A stretch of 64,000 nt of DNA from Macrostomum lignano. Taxonomy: Eukaryota. Each line of letters begins with the position of its first letter. Within the stretch, counting starts at the first letter, position 1. Of the stretch, positions 1 to 13,574 are shown one piece after another. The notes under the pieces were generated by a model, which was not told the origin of the DNA, did no database searches, and was given only the letters and a program-made list of their open reading frames with translations. The translations under genes were made by a program, and so were the position numbers. Where the stretch lies: NCBI GenBank assembly GCA_002269645.1, contig NIVC01000238.1, positions 62,001 to 126,000 of the forward strand, written 5' to 3'.

Positions 1-340
1 TATCGAACATTAAAGAGCCACCATGCCAAACATAAAAGAGCCACCATGTCAAACATATACGTGACTCCATGTCAAACATTAAAGCGCCATTATGTCAAAC
101 ATATATGTGACTGCATGTCAAACATAAAAGAGCCACCATGTCAAACAACTAAGCTACCATGTCAAACAAAGAAGAGACACCATATCAAACATAGAAGAGC
201 CACCATGTCAAACATAACAGAGACAACATTTCAAATGTAAAAGGGCCGCCATGGTAAACATAGAAGAGCCACTATGTCAACATTAAAGAGCCACCTTTTT
301 AAACATAAAAGAGACACCGTTTCAAACATAAAAGAAGTGT
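1..340. repeat. Degenerate ~23-bp minisatellite (atgtcaaacataaaagagccacc)
   Basis: Recurrent atgtcaaacat core every ~23 bp. Confidence 0.8.
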
Positions 341-404
341 CATGCCAAACAAAATGGAGCCACTATAAATCTAAGGAAATATCTGCACTAGCTACTTTCT
401 CTGG

Positions 405-750
405 TGGATGCTTGCTATTTAAGGATGGATACTTGCTATCAAGGGGATGCTTGCTATTGGGAGATGCTTACTCTTGGGGGTGGAGGGTACTTGCTATCTA
501 AGAGGGGGTTGCTAGATATCTATAAGGTCTCTTTGTATCCAGGTTAATGCTTGCTATCTGGGGTTGCTTGCGGTCTGGGGGATGCTTGCTATTTGGGGGG
601 AGCTTGCTATCTGGGGGATGCTTGCTATCAGGGGTTGCTTGCAGTCTGGGGGATGCTTGCTATCTGGGGTTGCTTGCAGTCTGGGGGATGCTTGCTATTT
701 GGGGATCGATGCTTGAATGCTGTCTGAGGATGCTTGCTGTCTTGGGATGT
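405..750. repeat. Degenerate ~19-bp minisatellite (tgcttgctatctggggga)
   Basis: Directly visible tandem units. Confidence 0.8.
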
Positions 751-1486
751 TTTGTTTTTAGAGGGAATTTCTGTTGTTTTTTATGAAGGCTTTTTTTGCT
801 GTCTATTTGTTATTTGTGAAGAACAAGGATTCTATCCAGATGTCCCCCATCGGGGGGCGAAGATTGCTAGTCCTATATACTAAAAATGGTCTGTCTGTGT
901 CTATCTATCTATGTGATCGATTAGAGAAAAAATGGCTGGACCGATTTTGTTCGAACTTGCACTGTTCGATCAGAAATTTTCCCGTGACGGTACATGCATC
1001 GTGGCTAAGAAACTGCTCGATGCTAAAGGCATTAAATATTCGAAAAACATGCTTTTTTGCAAAGGTCAAGCAAACTTTTTGACTTGAAATGCATTGTAAG
1101 AATGCTAGAGAAAAAACTGACTGGTTGAATTCTGATTCTGAAATAGATTGCATCATAACTGAATTGTAACTCCGACTTGAATTGAAAATGCAGTGTGGAA
1201 GCGTAGCACCAGACTTGATTTAAATTGCGTAACCATATTGTTAACTGATACTGACTGACTGAGAAACTGATTATGTCATAACTGCTTCGTGTGATTTACT
1301 CTATGCTTGGATTTTAAAGTGTTGAATTATATAAGTGCAAAATTTGATGTTATCAAAACGATGAGAGCTAGCCTAGAGGTGAACAAACTGAACTGCTAAA
1401 TGCAGCGACGATGGTTCGAATTTTCATAGAGTATAATTTTTTTATTAAAGCTTTTCAACGTCAGGAAAACTAAAAGACTTTTTAAA

Positions 1487-2230
1487 AAGAAGCGTCATGT
1501 AAAAATCATAGAAGCGTCATTTACAAAATCATAGAAGCATCATTTTAAAAATCATAGAAGCGTCATGTAAACAATCATAGAAGCGTCATTTAAAAAATCA
1601 TAGAAGCGTCATTTAAAAAATCATAGAAGCGTCATGTAAACAATCATAGAAGCGTCATTTAAAAATCATAGAAGCGTCATGTAAAAATCATAGAAGCGTC
1701 ATGTAAAAATCATAGAAGCGTCATGAAAAAATCATAGAAGCGTCATGTAAAAAATCGTAGAAGCGTCATGTAAAAATCATAGAAGCGTCATTTAAAAAAT
1801 CATAGAAGCGTCATGTAAACAATCATAGAAGCGTCATGTAAAAAATCGTAGAAGCGTCATGTAAAAATCATAGAAGCGTCTTTTAAAAAATCATAGAAGC
1901 ATCATTTTAAAAATCATAGAAGCGTCATGTAAACAATCATAGAAGCGTCATTTAAAAAATCATAGAAGCGTCATTTAAAAAATCATAGAAGCGTCATGTA
2001 AACAATCATAGAAGCGTCATGTAAACAATCATAGAAGCGTCATGTAAAAAATCGTAGAAGCGTCATGTAAACAATCACAGAAGCGTCATGTAAACAATCA
2101 TAGAAGCGTCATGTAAACAATCATAGAAGCGTCATGTAAACAATCATAGAAACGTCATATAAAAATCATAGAAGCGTCATGTAAAAATCATAGAAGCGTC
2201 AAGAAAAAATCATAGAAGCCTCATTTAAAA
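1487..2230. repeat. 22-23-bp minisatellite (atcatagaagcgtcatgtaaaa)n inside H1
   Basis: Directly visible; the reverse-complement array is at ~10790-12455. Confidence 0.95.
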
Positions 2231-3079
2231 ACTAATGAAAGTGTCATTTAAAAAATTAAGAAGCGTCACGGTAGAATAAAAGAAACGTCATGTCAGACAT
2301 GAAGGGTTCATGTAAAAATTAAATGCAACTATAATGCTGTGCTGGGGAGAAAAACTGAGACGTCAAGGCTCTCAGAGAATAACTAAGATTACGGGGGGGG
2401 GGTTTCTGAGATGTCAAAGCAAAAGTCAGAAGCTACTTCAAAGTTCATGTACTTTACTCCATTTTTTTATTGCATTCTTTGTTGGCTCGTCACGGGAGGG
2501 GGGGGGCGCTGATAGAAGAAAAGTCATGTAAAAAATAAAAGTAGCACTATGTATACATAAAGAAAAGTCATGTCGAAGTTAAAAGATTCATTTGGGAATT
2601 GCTACGATGTCAAAGCTTGGTGGAAATCGTTATAGTGCTGTGATTCTTAAAGAAAGAATCACTAAAATGTCAAGGCTTAGGGGAGAAGAATTGCTGAGAT
2701 TTCAAGGCTTTAGGTTGGGTTAAAGTTAGGTTTAGGTCAGGTGTGGGTTGAGGGTTATATTTTATCGGGTTTCAAGGTTAACAGGGGATTTTTTAGATTT
2801 CAAGGTTTATGGGGGCCATCGCTGACATGTCAAGGCTTACGGGGGAATAGCTGAGATGTCAAGGCTCACGGGGGTATAAATGAGATTTCAAGGCTAAAGT
2901 CAGAAGCTACATGTAGTTTATTGAAAACTTTTTATTACATTATTTGATGCCTCCTCAGGGGAGGGATCGCTGATAAAAAAGCGTAATGTAAAAAATAAAA
3001 GAAGCTTCATGTCGAAGTTAAGAGATTCATTTGGGAATCCCTACGATGTTGAGGCTTGCAAGGAATCGCTATAATGCTG

Positions 3080-3598
3080 CAGGGGCGTAGCCAGGAATTT
3101 TGTTTGGGGGGGGCCTTGAGTTAGGGGGCGCCAGCTTCTTATAGGGGGGGGCGCCAGTTTCTTGTAGGGGGGGCGCCAGTTTCTTTTAGGGGGCGCCAGT
3201 TTCTTTTAGGGGGCGCCAGTTTCTTTTAGGGGGGCGCCAGTTTATTTTAGGGCGGGCGCCAGTTTCTTATAGGGGGCGCCAGTTTCTTTTAGGAGGGGGG
3301 GCGCCAGTTTCTTTAAGGGGGGCGCCAGTTTCTTTTAGGGGGCGCCAGTTTCTTTTAGGGGGGCGCCAGTTTATTTTAGGGCGGGCGCCAGTTTCTTATA
3401 GGGGGCGCCAGTTTCTTTTAGGAGGGGGGGCGCCAGTTTCTTTAAGGGGGGCGCCAGTTTCTTTTAGGGGGCGCCAGTTTCTTTTAGGAGGGGGGGGCGC
3501 CAGTTTCTTTTAGGGGGGGGGGCGCCAAGGCCAGAGTTGGTGATTATGGGGGGGGGGGGCCGCGGCCCCCCTTGCCCCCCCCTCTGGCTACGCCCCTG
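3080..3598. mobile_element. MITE with 15-bp TIRs and 8-bp TSD (hAT-type), nested in H1
   Basis: TIRs caggggcgtagccag / ctggctacgcccctg. TSD taatgctg at 3072-3079 and 3599-3606. The homologous position in the inverted copy H2 has a single taatgctg (empty site). Interior is a ~20-bp gggggcgccagtttctttta array. Confidence 0.88.
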
Positions 3599-3655
3599 TA
3601 ATGCTGTAGTAGTGCTATAATGACTCTTAGAGAGAATTACTGAAATTTCAATGCT

Positions 3656-3683
3656 TTAGGGTTAGGGTTAGGGTTAGGGTTAG
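3656..3683 (+). repeat. Interstitial telomere-type (TTAGGG)n tract inside H1
   Basis: tttagggttagggttagggttagggttag. Confidence 0.85.
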
Positions 3684-4494
3684 AAGGTTGACAGATATTT
3701 TTAGATTTCCAAGGCTTATTGGGGGCATTGCTGAGATGTCAAGGGGGGAAGTTGATATGTTAAAGCTTGTGCGGGGGATAACTGACATGTCAAGGCTTAC
3801 AAGGTTTGACAGGAGATTTTTTAAGATTTCAAGGATACATGTAGCTTATTAAAAAAACGTGTATTGCATTTCTTTGGCTCCCCAACGGGGGGCGTAGATT
3901 GCTAGTTTTTAACTAAAACTCGACTAAGCGCCAAGCTGATATGGACATCCGAACTTATAAGTTGCAATATAGGAGCTTATTTTTTGAACGATAAGTCTGG
4001 AAAGTGCGTAAACTTCTGTTGCTAACTTCAAACTGTTGTTGTAGTCAACTGAAAGTTCACGGGATCCGCGGTGCAAACATTCGCTTCTTTGAATTACGCT
4101 GGCTGGTCGACCAGTGTTTGACAAAACTTTGTGGCATAAAGTGCGAGTCTGGATGTCCAATCCTAGACTGCATGACAATTGTCTCTCAGCGGAGTTTCTC
4201 AGTCAGGAAGTTGTGTGCTGTCTATGGCCCAACTTGACTTTATTCTGTTGTTTTGCAACTTTTGAATGTTCGTTTTCTGAATTGGCATGCCAACAAAAAT
4301 TGTTTTTTCGAAATAACAAAGCAAGTGCATGATATTCTCTACCAACCATTAATAAACATGAGTGTAGTACATTTGGACATGTCTTTTATCAAAAGTGCAA
4401 GTTTCTTCAAGCAGACGTCACTTCAATAGATCTGAATATCTGATAGCTTCAAATCGGGTTGGTTTGGTCAGATTGTCTTCAGTGGTGGGCATCC

Positions 4495-5095
4495 TCACGG
4501 ACAGGTGCCAGCGGAATATGATGTGCCAGCTGAGCACGGCATCTGAACGTAGTGTCCATGATCGCAGCGCAGGTAGTGCACATCGCTGCTGCAGTCTCTC
4601 ATGAAGTCGATGGTGCAGTCCTGGCCATCTGTAAAGCAGACGGAGCTGGTGGTGGTGCTCAGGCCGGCTCCAGAGTTCGGAGGTGAAGTCGTGATGGCCA
4701 GTCTTCCTTCCACCACCTGAGTGGGTGCAACAATCAACGAAAAGGTTCTTAACAACAATGAAGGGCACTTATGGATAAGTTTGATTTTACTGGCGTATTG
4801 AGCACCGACTGACCTCGCTGACGCAGTCCAGCGGTCTCCACAGCGCCTCATGCTGAGCGGCAGTGGCCAGATAGCAAGTGCCGTCTCGCTTGAACACGGC
4901 GGTGCAGTTGGGTCGCACTGCGCACTCCACCGAGCAGGTGCGAGGGTCTCGGACTCCGTTGACCTGCGACAGGTCGGTCACGTTTCCGGGGCAACCGGAG
5001 ACGACGCGGAAGCGGACGCAGACACCGGATGCGATGGACAGCAGGCTGAGCAGGCAGGAGGCCACAGCCAGCATTCTGTGAGCTGACAGATGCAT
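4495..5095 (-). CDS. Locus A: secreted PAN/apple-like + short Thr/Ser linker + 6-Cys chitin-binding (CBM14-like) protein, ~167 aa
   Basis: Exon 1 5095 (or Met 5074)-4814: signal MLAVASCLLSLLSIASG, PAN core CSVECAVRPNCTAVFKRDGTCYL. Phase-0 intron 4813-4717 (gag|gtcagt...actcag|gtg). Exon 2 4716-4495: VVEGRLAITT...CFTDGQDCTIDFMRDCSSDVHYLRCDHGHYVQMPCSAGTSYSAGTCP*. Confidence 0.8.
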
Positions 5096-5432
5096 GGGTC
5101 TCGGTGCATTGTACTTATAAAAAGCTGCACGTACGTATTAAACAGAGAGATTTTTTGAGAATGAGCGAATGGGAGCCGACTTGAATAGCGAGCGTGTTTA
5201 GTGGCTGCTTCTTCTTTCCTGAGATGGGTCTTGACTACAGAAGCGCTTAATGCACGGGTCTTAGGCCTTCATTTCCTGTAGAAATTGTCACCGCCACGGA
5301 AATTGAAAGCACCCTGTTGTGACTCAGACATGCGGAAATTTTCAGTTGGCAAATGAGGCTGTGAATGCTTTGTAGGGAGCCAGAAGCATTACAGCCCTCT
5401 GCTTTATTGCTATGCAATTCTCACTTTAGATC

Positions 5433-5434
<2 letters not shown>

Positions 5435-5520
<86 letters not shown>
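5435..5520. repeat. (CT)n microsatellite
   Basis: Directly visible. Confidence 0.98.
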
Positions 5521-5907
5521 GACCATGCCTTTCAGCCATGCCTAAAGCCAGGATTTTTGGCTAAACAGCCTGTATAGCTCATTCTGTATTATTCAAAAAA
5601 CTTCCAAACTTTGCTTGATACTTTAGTTACAGTGAAAGTAATAATTACTAATGATTCACGACACAAATAATACTCGTAGTCCATGGGTTGGCGGCAGGAT
5701 ATTTCCAGCCTGTGTCACCCGATAAACTGCTAACTATATCCAGTGACCGCTAGTGCGACAGCCAAATCGGTCAATACATCCGGCGAGTTCGACTTGATTT
5801 GCACGTCATTCGATCATGCCGAAGGTCATTAGACAGTCGAGATGCAGTGAACCGCTATAGATTCTCCGAGAAAAGCTGCTAGAGGCTTTCGCTATCTTCT
5901 TGAGTTT

Positions 5908-6439
5908 ATGAAGAACGTCAGTGAGAAAGCAGGCGGCCTTACTAAGGTGTACACCGACCGCTGCATATGGTAGGTAGTTTAACCTGTACTTTTGTCCACC
6001 ATTTTCATGTGTCTCTGTGAACACATTTGAATCTAGACAAATCAGTTGCCAACTTTTCTTAAACTGCAGAGTAACTAGAGCGTGCCACCTGGGTGCCTGT
6101 GGCCAGACTATCCAGGAGATCATGCTCATCACTGGGCGAAAGTGTGAGCGAACTGTTAAGCGCTACTTATCGAGGCGACGTGATCGCAGTTTGTATAGGG
6201 CATCTCAGGCTGTGGATCAGGCGCTGAATCATGCAGTTTCCGAAACTAATGTCAATAAGATTGTTAAGCTAGCTCGTCCAAAATCCAATCACAATAAGCG
6301 AGGCTACGATGGAGGAATGTGCGGATGTTTATCAAGAGCCTGTCCAGACCGACGGTGCACTACGTGTGCAGGCTGCTCCATCAAAGAAGATGAAAGTGAC
6401 CATTGGCGGCAGTCGCAATCTGATCGATATTCTTTTTGA
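5908..6439 (+). pseudogene. Degenerate tyrosine-recombinase C-terminus (Crypton/DUF3504-like) with one intron
   Basis: Joining 5908-5969 to 6070 onward across gtaggt...ctgcag gives MKNVSEKAGGLTKVYTDRCI*VTRACHLGACGQTIQEIMLITGRKCERTVKRY. This resembles the Crypton motif MK.IS..AGL.K.YTNHC.R.T...IM..TGH.....Y. The catalytic Arg is a stop (CGA>TGA) and both His are Arg. Confidence 0.55.
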
Positions 6440-7500
6440 GTGACGTTTCTGTGTAGGCCTGGTATTAACTGATTAACATACGATTTCTTTTTTGAACAGT
6501 TTTTGATGTTTTTCTAACATAAAAAAAAAATTTACCCTTTGTTATTGTTTAAATTGCCGTTGCGTGTTAATGTCCAAAATGACATTACCACGCATCCCAC
6601 GCGCGTGTTATTGTCACCAAAAGTGCATAGCAATGCTGTTTGTCTCTGTTCGAATACCATGCATTAAATCGACTCAATTTTAGCGAGCATGAAAACTTAA
6701 ATATGGAACAGTTGCCTCGATGTCAAAATTTTCTAGAAAATTAATGAACCAAAATTGACTAATTTGGCGGCAGTTCTTTTAAAAAGCTGCATAGCTTGGA
6801 TACTAGTCTGTGAGTGTTTCATTTTTATTTATGTTAAATCAAATGCTTCCGAAGACAATCGACTCCTCGAAAAATGCGGCCAACTTAACGATAAAAGTCT
6901 GACATTTGTAGCTTATTCAACCATGCCTTGGAAAGCACTTCGGCCTATATTCCTTTCTTAAACGTCAATTGACATCTATAAGCTTACTTCTGAAACTCGT
7001 AGTCAGTATTATACGAAGTACTCGCAGAACGAACCTGATGCAAAGCGCTCAGAGTACATGTTTGCAGTCTCTATATACGCGCAAAAATCATTGGCCTTAC
7101 TGTGCAAACACAAGCTTCAGGGTCACAACCAGCTTGAGTATACGGTAATAAATAAAGTTGCATTTTGCTTTTTCCGTGGTGTTTAGTCTTATAGCCCTTT
7201 CCTTTTGGTAGCAGGCATTTGATAGTCCCTGATTTTAACTGTAGAGTATCAATCACGCTCAGTAAACCCCGTCAGCTTCCTGCAGGCTGATGTTTACCAA
7301 TGCCATATTGACACGATCGAGCTGAAACTTTTTCTTCTTTGGATTCTCGCACCATAGAGACCGAGTTGACCGAGCTTGAATTCGCTTTTGCAATCATTTT
7401 CATGCGGATGCGGTCATGCTTTTTTAATTGGCGAGGTTCCTTAAGCAAACGTCAAGGTACGCAGTGCATCTTTAAACGTGAAAAATATAACTTTTTTGAA

Positions 7501-8051
<551 letters not shown>

Positions 8052-8772
8052 AAAATATAGTTCGGCATTCAGTTGATATTCACCGTTGGTATTGCACTCG
8101 TGCACTTTTCTCCAAATGTATTATATTATATTTACACGATTTACTCTATGAGCACTCATAATTTCATTATGACTGCAGAAGGGCAGCGGGCACCCACCGC
8201 ACCCTGGCGCTTTGGGCGAAATGTCCCAAAACCAGCGTTGAGGTGATTCTGCTCACTCTTCTGCCTCCTAATCACATACTGTACGCAGGCACGCACTGGT
8301 ACACACACTCACACAGGATGTACATCGGCTCTGGCTTTCTAATTTTCATGCATGCACACTCTCTGTGCCTTGGCGGGGTGACCCTCATTGGTGTGAATCG
8401 CGTAAAAATATTCCTGGTCTGCTTTCTTTACATACTACTGATTGTAAACAGTAAGAATCTAGGCAAAACTTTTTGTTCTATATTTGAAAAACTCTTTTGA
8501 TAGTGGCTGCTGTTGCTATAGTATTATCATTAATAAATACCTACAAAAATATGGTAATACGCATCGTAAAAAGATAATAGTGAGATTCTGCTCCTCATCA
8601 TCAACTGTCAAAAGCGACCGGTTTGAGGTTAAATTTTATAATCAAAGAAAGTATATTTTTACAAGTATATTTTCTATATAGATGTAGTTCCTTAGAACAT
8701 AAGCATGCAGTTGATACAATACCTATCACTCGCTTCATGGTAAGCTTCCAGCTTAAAGCAAGATTTGAAGCA

Positions 8773-9488
8773 TCAGTCGTTTTCTCTTTCTTTGATGGCA
8801 TTAATGTCTTTTTCCCAGTATTTACTGTCTTTTTCTGTATCACCACCGTCATCATTTCGAACATTAATGGTTGTTGTTGGACGTGTGGTGGTTGCCACAG
8901 TTACTGACTGAGTGGACTGAGACGCAGTAGTACTTGTAGTTTCCCCGTCAGTTAACCTGTCGATAATGACCTGCGAATTCAATTAGAAGTCATTTTGCAC
9001 TGATTAGAGGCAAATACAATACTAGTGTGCAGCTCAAAGGCATCAAGCAATGCTACATGTAAAACCTGCATGCCTGTTTTCGCCGTAAAGGTAAGCAAAA
9101 CATTCAATGGAACGTTCCCGATTAAAGGAGCTTCCCAAACAAAGAATATCTCGTAGAATATGATCTCGTCGTCAACTTGACGCTCAAAAAAGCTAGGAGG
9201 TTATAAAACAAAAAAGTTTACCTCGCTGTTGCAGTCCAGGGGTCTCCACAGCGCCTCATACTGAGCGGCAGTGGCCAGATAGCAAGTGCCGTCTCGCTTG
9301 AACACGGCAGTGCAGTTGGGTCGCACTGCGCACTCCACAGAGCAGGTGCGAGGGTCTCGAACTCCGCTGACCTGCGACAGGTCGATCACGTTTTTGGGGC
9401 AACCGGAGACGACGCGGAAGCGGACGCAGACCCCGGACGCCACGGACAGCAGGCTGAGCAGGCAGGAGGCAGAAATTGCAAATTGCAT
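8773..9488 (-). CDS. Locus B: secreted PAN/apple-like + Thr-rich linker + charged tail, ~154 aa
   Basis: Exon 1 9488-9222 (MQFAISASCLLSLLSVASG...LDCNSE). Phase-0 intron 9221-8971 (gag|gtaaac...tcgcag|gtc). Exon 2 8970-8773: VIIDRLTDGETTSTTAS...KEREND*. Confidence 0.75.
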
Positions 9489-9806
9489 TTTGAGCTGCAC
9501 CGACTCGAGCTGGGTTGAAGGTAATTGCAAGCAAATCGAGATGTAAAATCAAACCTAATTTGGTGTAACTTTTAGATATTTTACTAGCAATCTACGCCCC
9601 CCGTTGGGGAGCCAAAGAAATGCAATACACGTTTTTTTAATAAGCTACATGTATCCTTGAAATCTTAAAAAATCTCCTGTCAAACCTTGTAAGCCTTGAC
9701 ATGTCAGTAATTCCCCCCCACAAGCTTTAACATATCAACTTCCCCCCTTGAGATCTCAGCAATGCCCCCAATAAGCCTTGGAAATCTAAAAATATCTGTC
9801 AACCTT

Positions 9807-9874
9807 CTAACCCTAACCCTAGCCTAACCCTAACCCTAACCCTAACCCTAACCATAACCCTAACCTAACCCTAA
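9807..9874 (-). repeat. Interstitial (TTAGGG)n tract inside H2, ~11 units with variants
   Basis: ctaaccctaaccctagcctaaccctaaccctaaccctaaccctaaccataaccctaacctaacccta. Confidence 0.85.
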
Positions 9875-10789
9875 AGCATTGAAATTTCAGTAATTCTCTC
9901 TAAGAGTCATAATAGCACTACTACAGCATTATAGCGATTCCCTACAAGCCTCGACATCGTAGGGATTCCCAAATGAATCTCTTAACTTCGACATTAAGCT
10001 TTTATTTTTTACATTACGCTTTTTTATTATCAGCGATCCCTCCCCTGAGGAGGCATCAAATAATGTAATAAAAAGTTTTCAATAAACTACATGTAGCTTC
10101 TGACTTTAGCCTTGAAATCTCATTTATACCCCCGTGAGCCTTGACATCTCAGCTATTCCCCCCGTAAGCCTTGACATGTCAGCGATGGCCCCCATAAACC
10201 TTGAAATCTAAAAAATCCCCTGTTAACCTTGAAACCCGATAAAATATAACCCTCAACCCACACCTGACCTAAACCTAACTTTAACCCAACCTAAAGCCTT
10301 GAAATCTCAGCAATTCTTCTCCCCTAAGCCTTGACATTTTAGTGATTCTTTCTTTAAGAATCACAGCACTATAACGATTTCCACCAAGCTTTGACATCGT
10401 AGCAATTCCCAAATGAATCTTTTAACTTCGACATGACTTTTCTTTATGTATACATAGTGCTACTTTTATTTTTTACATGACTTTTCTTCTATCAGCGCCC
10501 CCCCCCCCTCCCGTGACGAGCCAACAAAGAATGCAATAAAAAAATGGAGTAAAGTACATGAACTTTGAAGTAGCTTCTGACTTTTGCTTTGACATCTCAG
10601 AAACCCCCCCCCGTAATCTTAGTTATTCTCTGAGAGCCTTGACGTCTCAGTTTTTCTCCCCAGCACAGCATTATAGTTGCATTTAATTTTTACATGAACC
10701 CTTCATGTCTGACATGACGTTTCTTTTATTCTACCGTGACGCTTCTTAATTTTTTAAATGACACTTTCATTAGTTTTTAAATGAGGCTT

Positions 10790-12455
10790 CTATGATTTTT
10801 TCTTGACGCTTCTATGATTTTTACATGACGCTTCTATGATTTTTATATGACGTTTCTATGATTGTTTACATGACGCTTCTATGATTGTTTACATGACGCT
10901 TCTATGATTTTTATATGACGCTTCTACGATTTTTACATGACGCTTCTATGATTGTTTACATGACGCTTCTATGATTTTTTAAATTACGCTTCTATGATTT
11001 TTAAATGACGCTTCTATGATTTTTAAATGACGCTTCTATGATTGTTTACATGACGCTTCTGTGATTTTTTAAATGACGCTTCTATGATTGTTTACATGAC
11101 GCTTCTATGATTGTTTACATGACGCTTCTATGATTGTTTACATGACGCTTTTATGATTGTTCACATGACGCTTCTATAATTTTTTACATGACGCTTCTAT
11201 GATTTTTTAAATGACGCTTCTATAATTTTTATATGACGCTTCTACGATTATTTACATGACGCTTCTATGATTGTTTACATGACGCTTCTATGATTTTTTA
11301 CATGACGCTTCTATGATTGTTTACATGACGCTTCTTTGATTTTTACATGACGCTTCTATGATTGTTTACATGACGCTTCGATGATTTTTTAAATTACGCT
11401 TCTATGATTTTTAAATGACGCTTCTATGATTGTTTACATGACGCTTCTATGATTGTTTACATGACGCTTCTATGATTTTTTAAATGACGCTTCTATGATT
11501 TTTTACATGACGCTTCTACGATTTTTTACATGACGCTTCTATGATTGTTTACATGACGCTTCTATGATTTTTATATGATGCTTCTACGATTTTTTACATG
11601 ACGCTTCTATGATTTTTTAAATGATGCTTCTATGATTTTTATATGACGCTTCTATGATTTTTTAAATGACCCTTCTATGATTTTTATATGACGCTTCTAC
11701 GATTTTTTACATGACGCTTCTATGATTTTTTAAATAATGCTTCTATGATTTTTATATGACGCTTCTATGATTTTTTACATGACGCTTCTATGATTTTTTA
11801 CATGACGCTTCTATGATTGTTTACATGACGCTTCTATGATTTTTATATGACGCTTCTATGATTGTTTACATGACGCTTCTGTGATTTTTTAAATTACGCT
11901 TTTATGATTTTTAAATTACGCTTCTATGATTTTTTTAAATGACGCTTCTATGATTGTTTACATGACGCTTCTATGATTTTTTAAATGACGCTTCTATGAT
12001 TGTTTACATGACGCTTCTATGATTTTTTACATGACGCTTCTATGATTGTTTACATGACGCTTCTATGATTGTTTACATGACGCTTCTATGATTGTTTACA
12101 TGACGCTTCTATGATTTTTTAAATGACGCTTCTATGATTTTTTACATGACGCTTCTACGATTTTTTACATGACGCTTCTATGATTGTTTACATGACGCTT
12201 CTATGATCTTTTAAATGACGCTTCTATGATTGTTTACATGACGCTTTTATGATTGTTTAGATGACGCTTCTATGATTGTTTACATGACGCTTTTATGATT
12301 GTTCACATGACGCTTCTATAATTTTTTACATGACACTTCTATGATTTTTTAAATGACGCTTCTATGATTTTTATATGACGCTTCTACGATTTTTTACATG
12401 ACGCTTCTATGATTTTTTAAATGATGCTTCTATGATTTTTTAAATGACGCTTCTT
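10790..12455. repeat. 22-23-bp minisatellite (ttttacatgacgcttctatgat)n inside H2
   Basis: Directly visible, ~1.65 kb. Confidence 0.95.
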
Positions 12456-13574
12456 TTTAAAAAGTCTTTTAGTTTTCCTGACGTTGAAAAGCTTTAATTA
12501 AAAAAATTATACTCTATGAAAATTCGAACCATCGTCGCTGCATTTAGCAGTTCAGTTTGTTCACCTCTAGGCTAGCTCTCATCGTTTTGATAACATCAAA
12601 TTTTGCACTTATATAATTCAACACTTTAAAATCCAAGCATAGAGTAAATCACACGAAGCAGTTATGACATAATCAGTTTCTCAGTCAGTCAGTATCAGTT
12701 AACAATATGGTTACGCAATTTAAATCAAGTCTGGTGCTACGCTTCCACACTACATTTTCAATTCAAGTCGGAGTTACAATTCAGTTATGATGCAATCTAT
12801 TTCAGAATCAGAATTCAACCAGTCAGTTTTTTCTCTAGCATTCTTACAATGCATTTCAAGTCGAAAACTTTGCTTGACCTTTGCAAAAAAGCATGTTTTT
12901 CGAATATTTAATGCCTTTAGCATCGAGCAATTTCTTAGCCACGATGCATGTACAGCCGCGGAAAAATTTCTGATCGAACAGTGCAAGTTCGAACAAAATC
13001 GGTCCAGCCATTTTTTCTCTAATCGATTGCGTACAAACAAGCAAGATTTTCATTTTTAGTATATAGGACTAGCCATTTAGCCCCCCGCTGGGGAGCCCTA
13101 AAATGACACCAATTGGTTTTTATTTTGACACAAGAGTAACCTTACTATAATTATCCAAAATGTTGATTTCCATTAATCAAAAATTACCTTTTCTCATTTT
13201 GGCAAAAATAAATTGCCATGAATCAGAACTTTCATCAGCCAAAAAAGTTTCCTTCATCAGCCCAAAACCCTTTCTTAATCAGCAAATAGTGCTGATCCTT
13301 TCAAGCACAAACTCTTAGTGCATATCGTCGCTGGCCGGGGCATATTCTTTTCCGCAGCAAATATGCAAATCACTGACGGCCTTAGACCCTCTCTTTTAAT
13401 TAGCCTAAATCAAAGAATGAAACCTTTAATAAATGCGCTGGTATTTCCTATTAGCAGAAATCAGCATCACTTGTGTGTACTATTTCAATATCTGAACTAC
13501 ATGAGCTACTTCAGCCGTACTACCTGACTATCTGACAATCGCCCAACAACCTAACACCCCTAACAATTCAGCCA

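Larger units (their letters stand above)
1..870 (+). mobile_element. 3' part of a non-autonomous Helitron-like element (H0), truncated by the window start
   Basis: Ends with GC hairpin ccccc-atc-ggggg, then cgaagattgCTAG (867-870), directly abutting the TC start of the next element. Interior holds ~23-bp (atgtcaaacat+variable) and ~19-bp (gcttgctatctgggg) degenerate tandem repeats. Confidence 0.55.
871..3905 (+). mobile_element. Non-autonomous Helitron-like element H1 (left arm of inverted pair)
   Basis: 5' TCCTATATACTAAAAATGG followed by a (TCTG/TCTA)n microsatellite. 3' hairpin cccc-aac-gggg then cgtagattgCTAG (3902-3905) followed by T. No TIR or TSD. Internal 22-23-bp and ~30-bp tandem repeats; no RepHel ORF. 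Confidence 0.7.
9584..13068 (-). mobile_element. Non-autonomous Helitron-like element H2, inverted near-copy of H1
   Basis: Reverse complement of H1 along its length. 5' TCCTATATACTAAAAATG at 13068; 3' hairpin + CTAG ending at 9584, followed by T. Lacks the MITE and has a longer 22-bp array and TTAGGG tract than H1. Confidence 0.72.

Noticed and set aside
774-1156. Short ORFs in Helitron 5' regions (also 12774-13059, 18499-19107)
   Set aside because: Not conserved as ORFs among the element copies and no Rep/helicase motifs.
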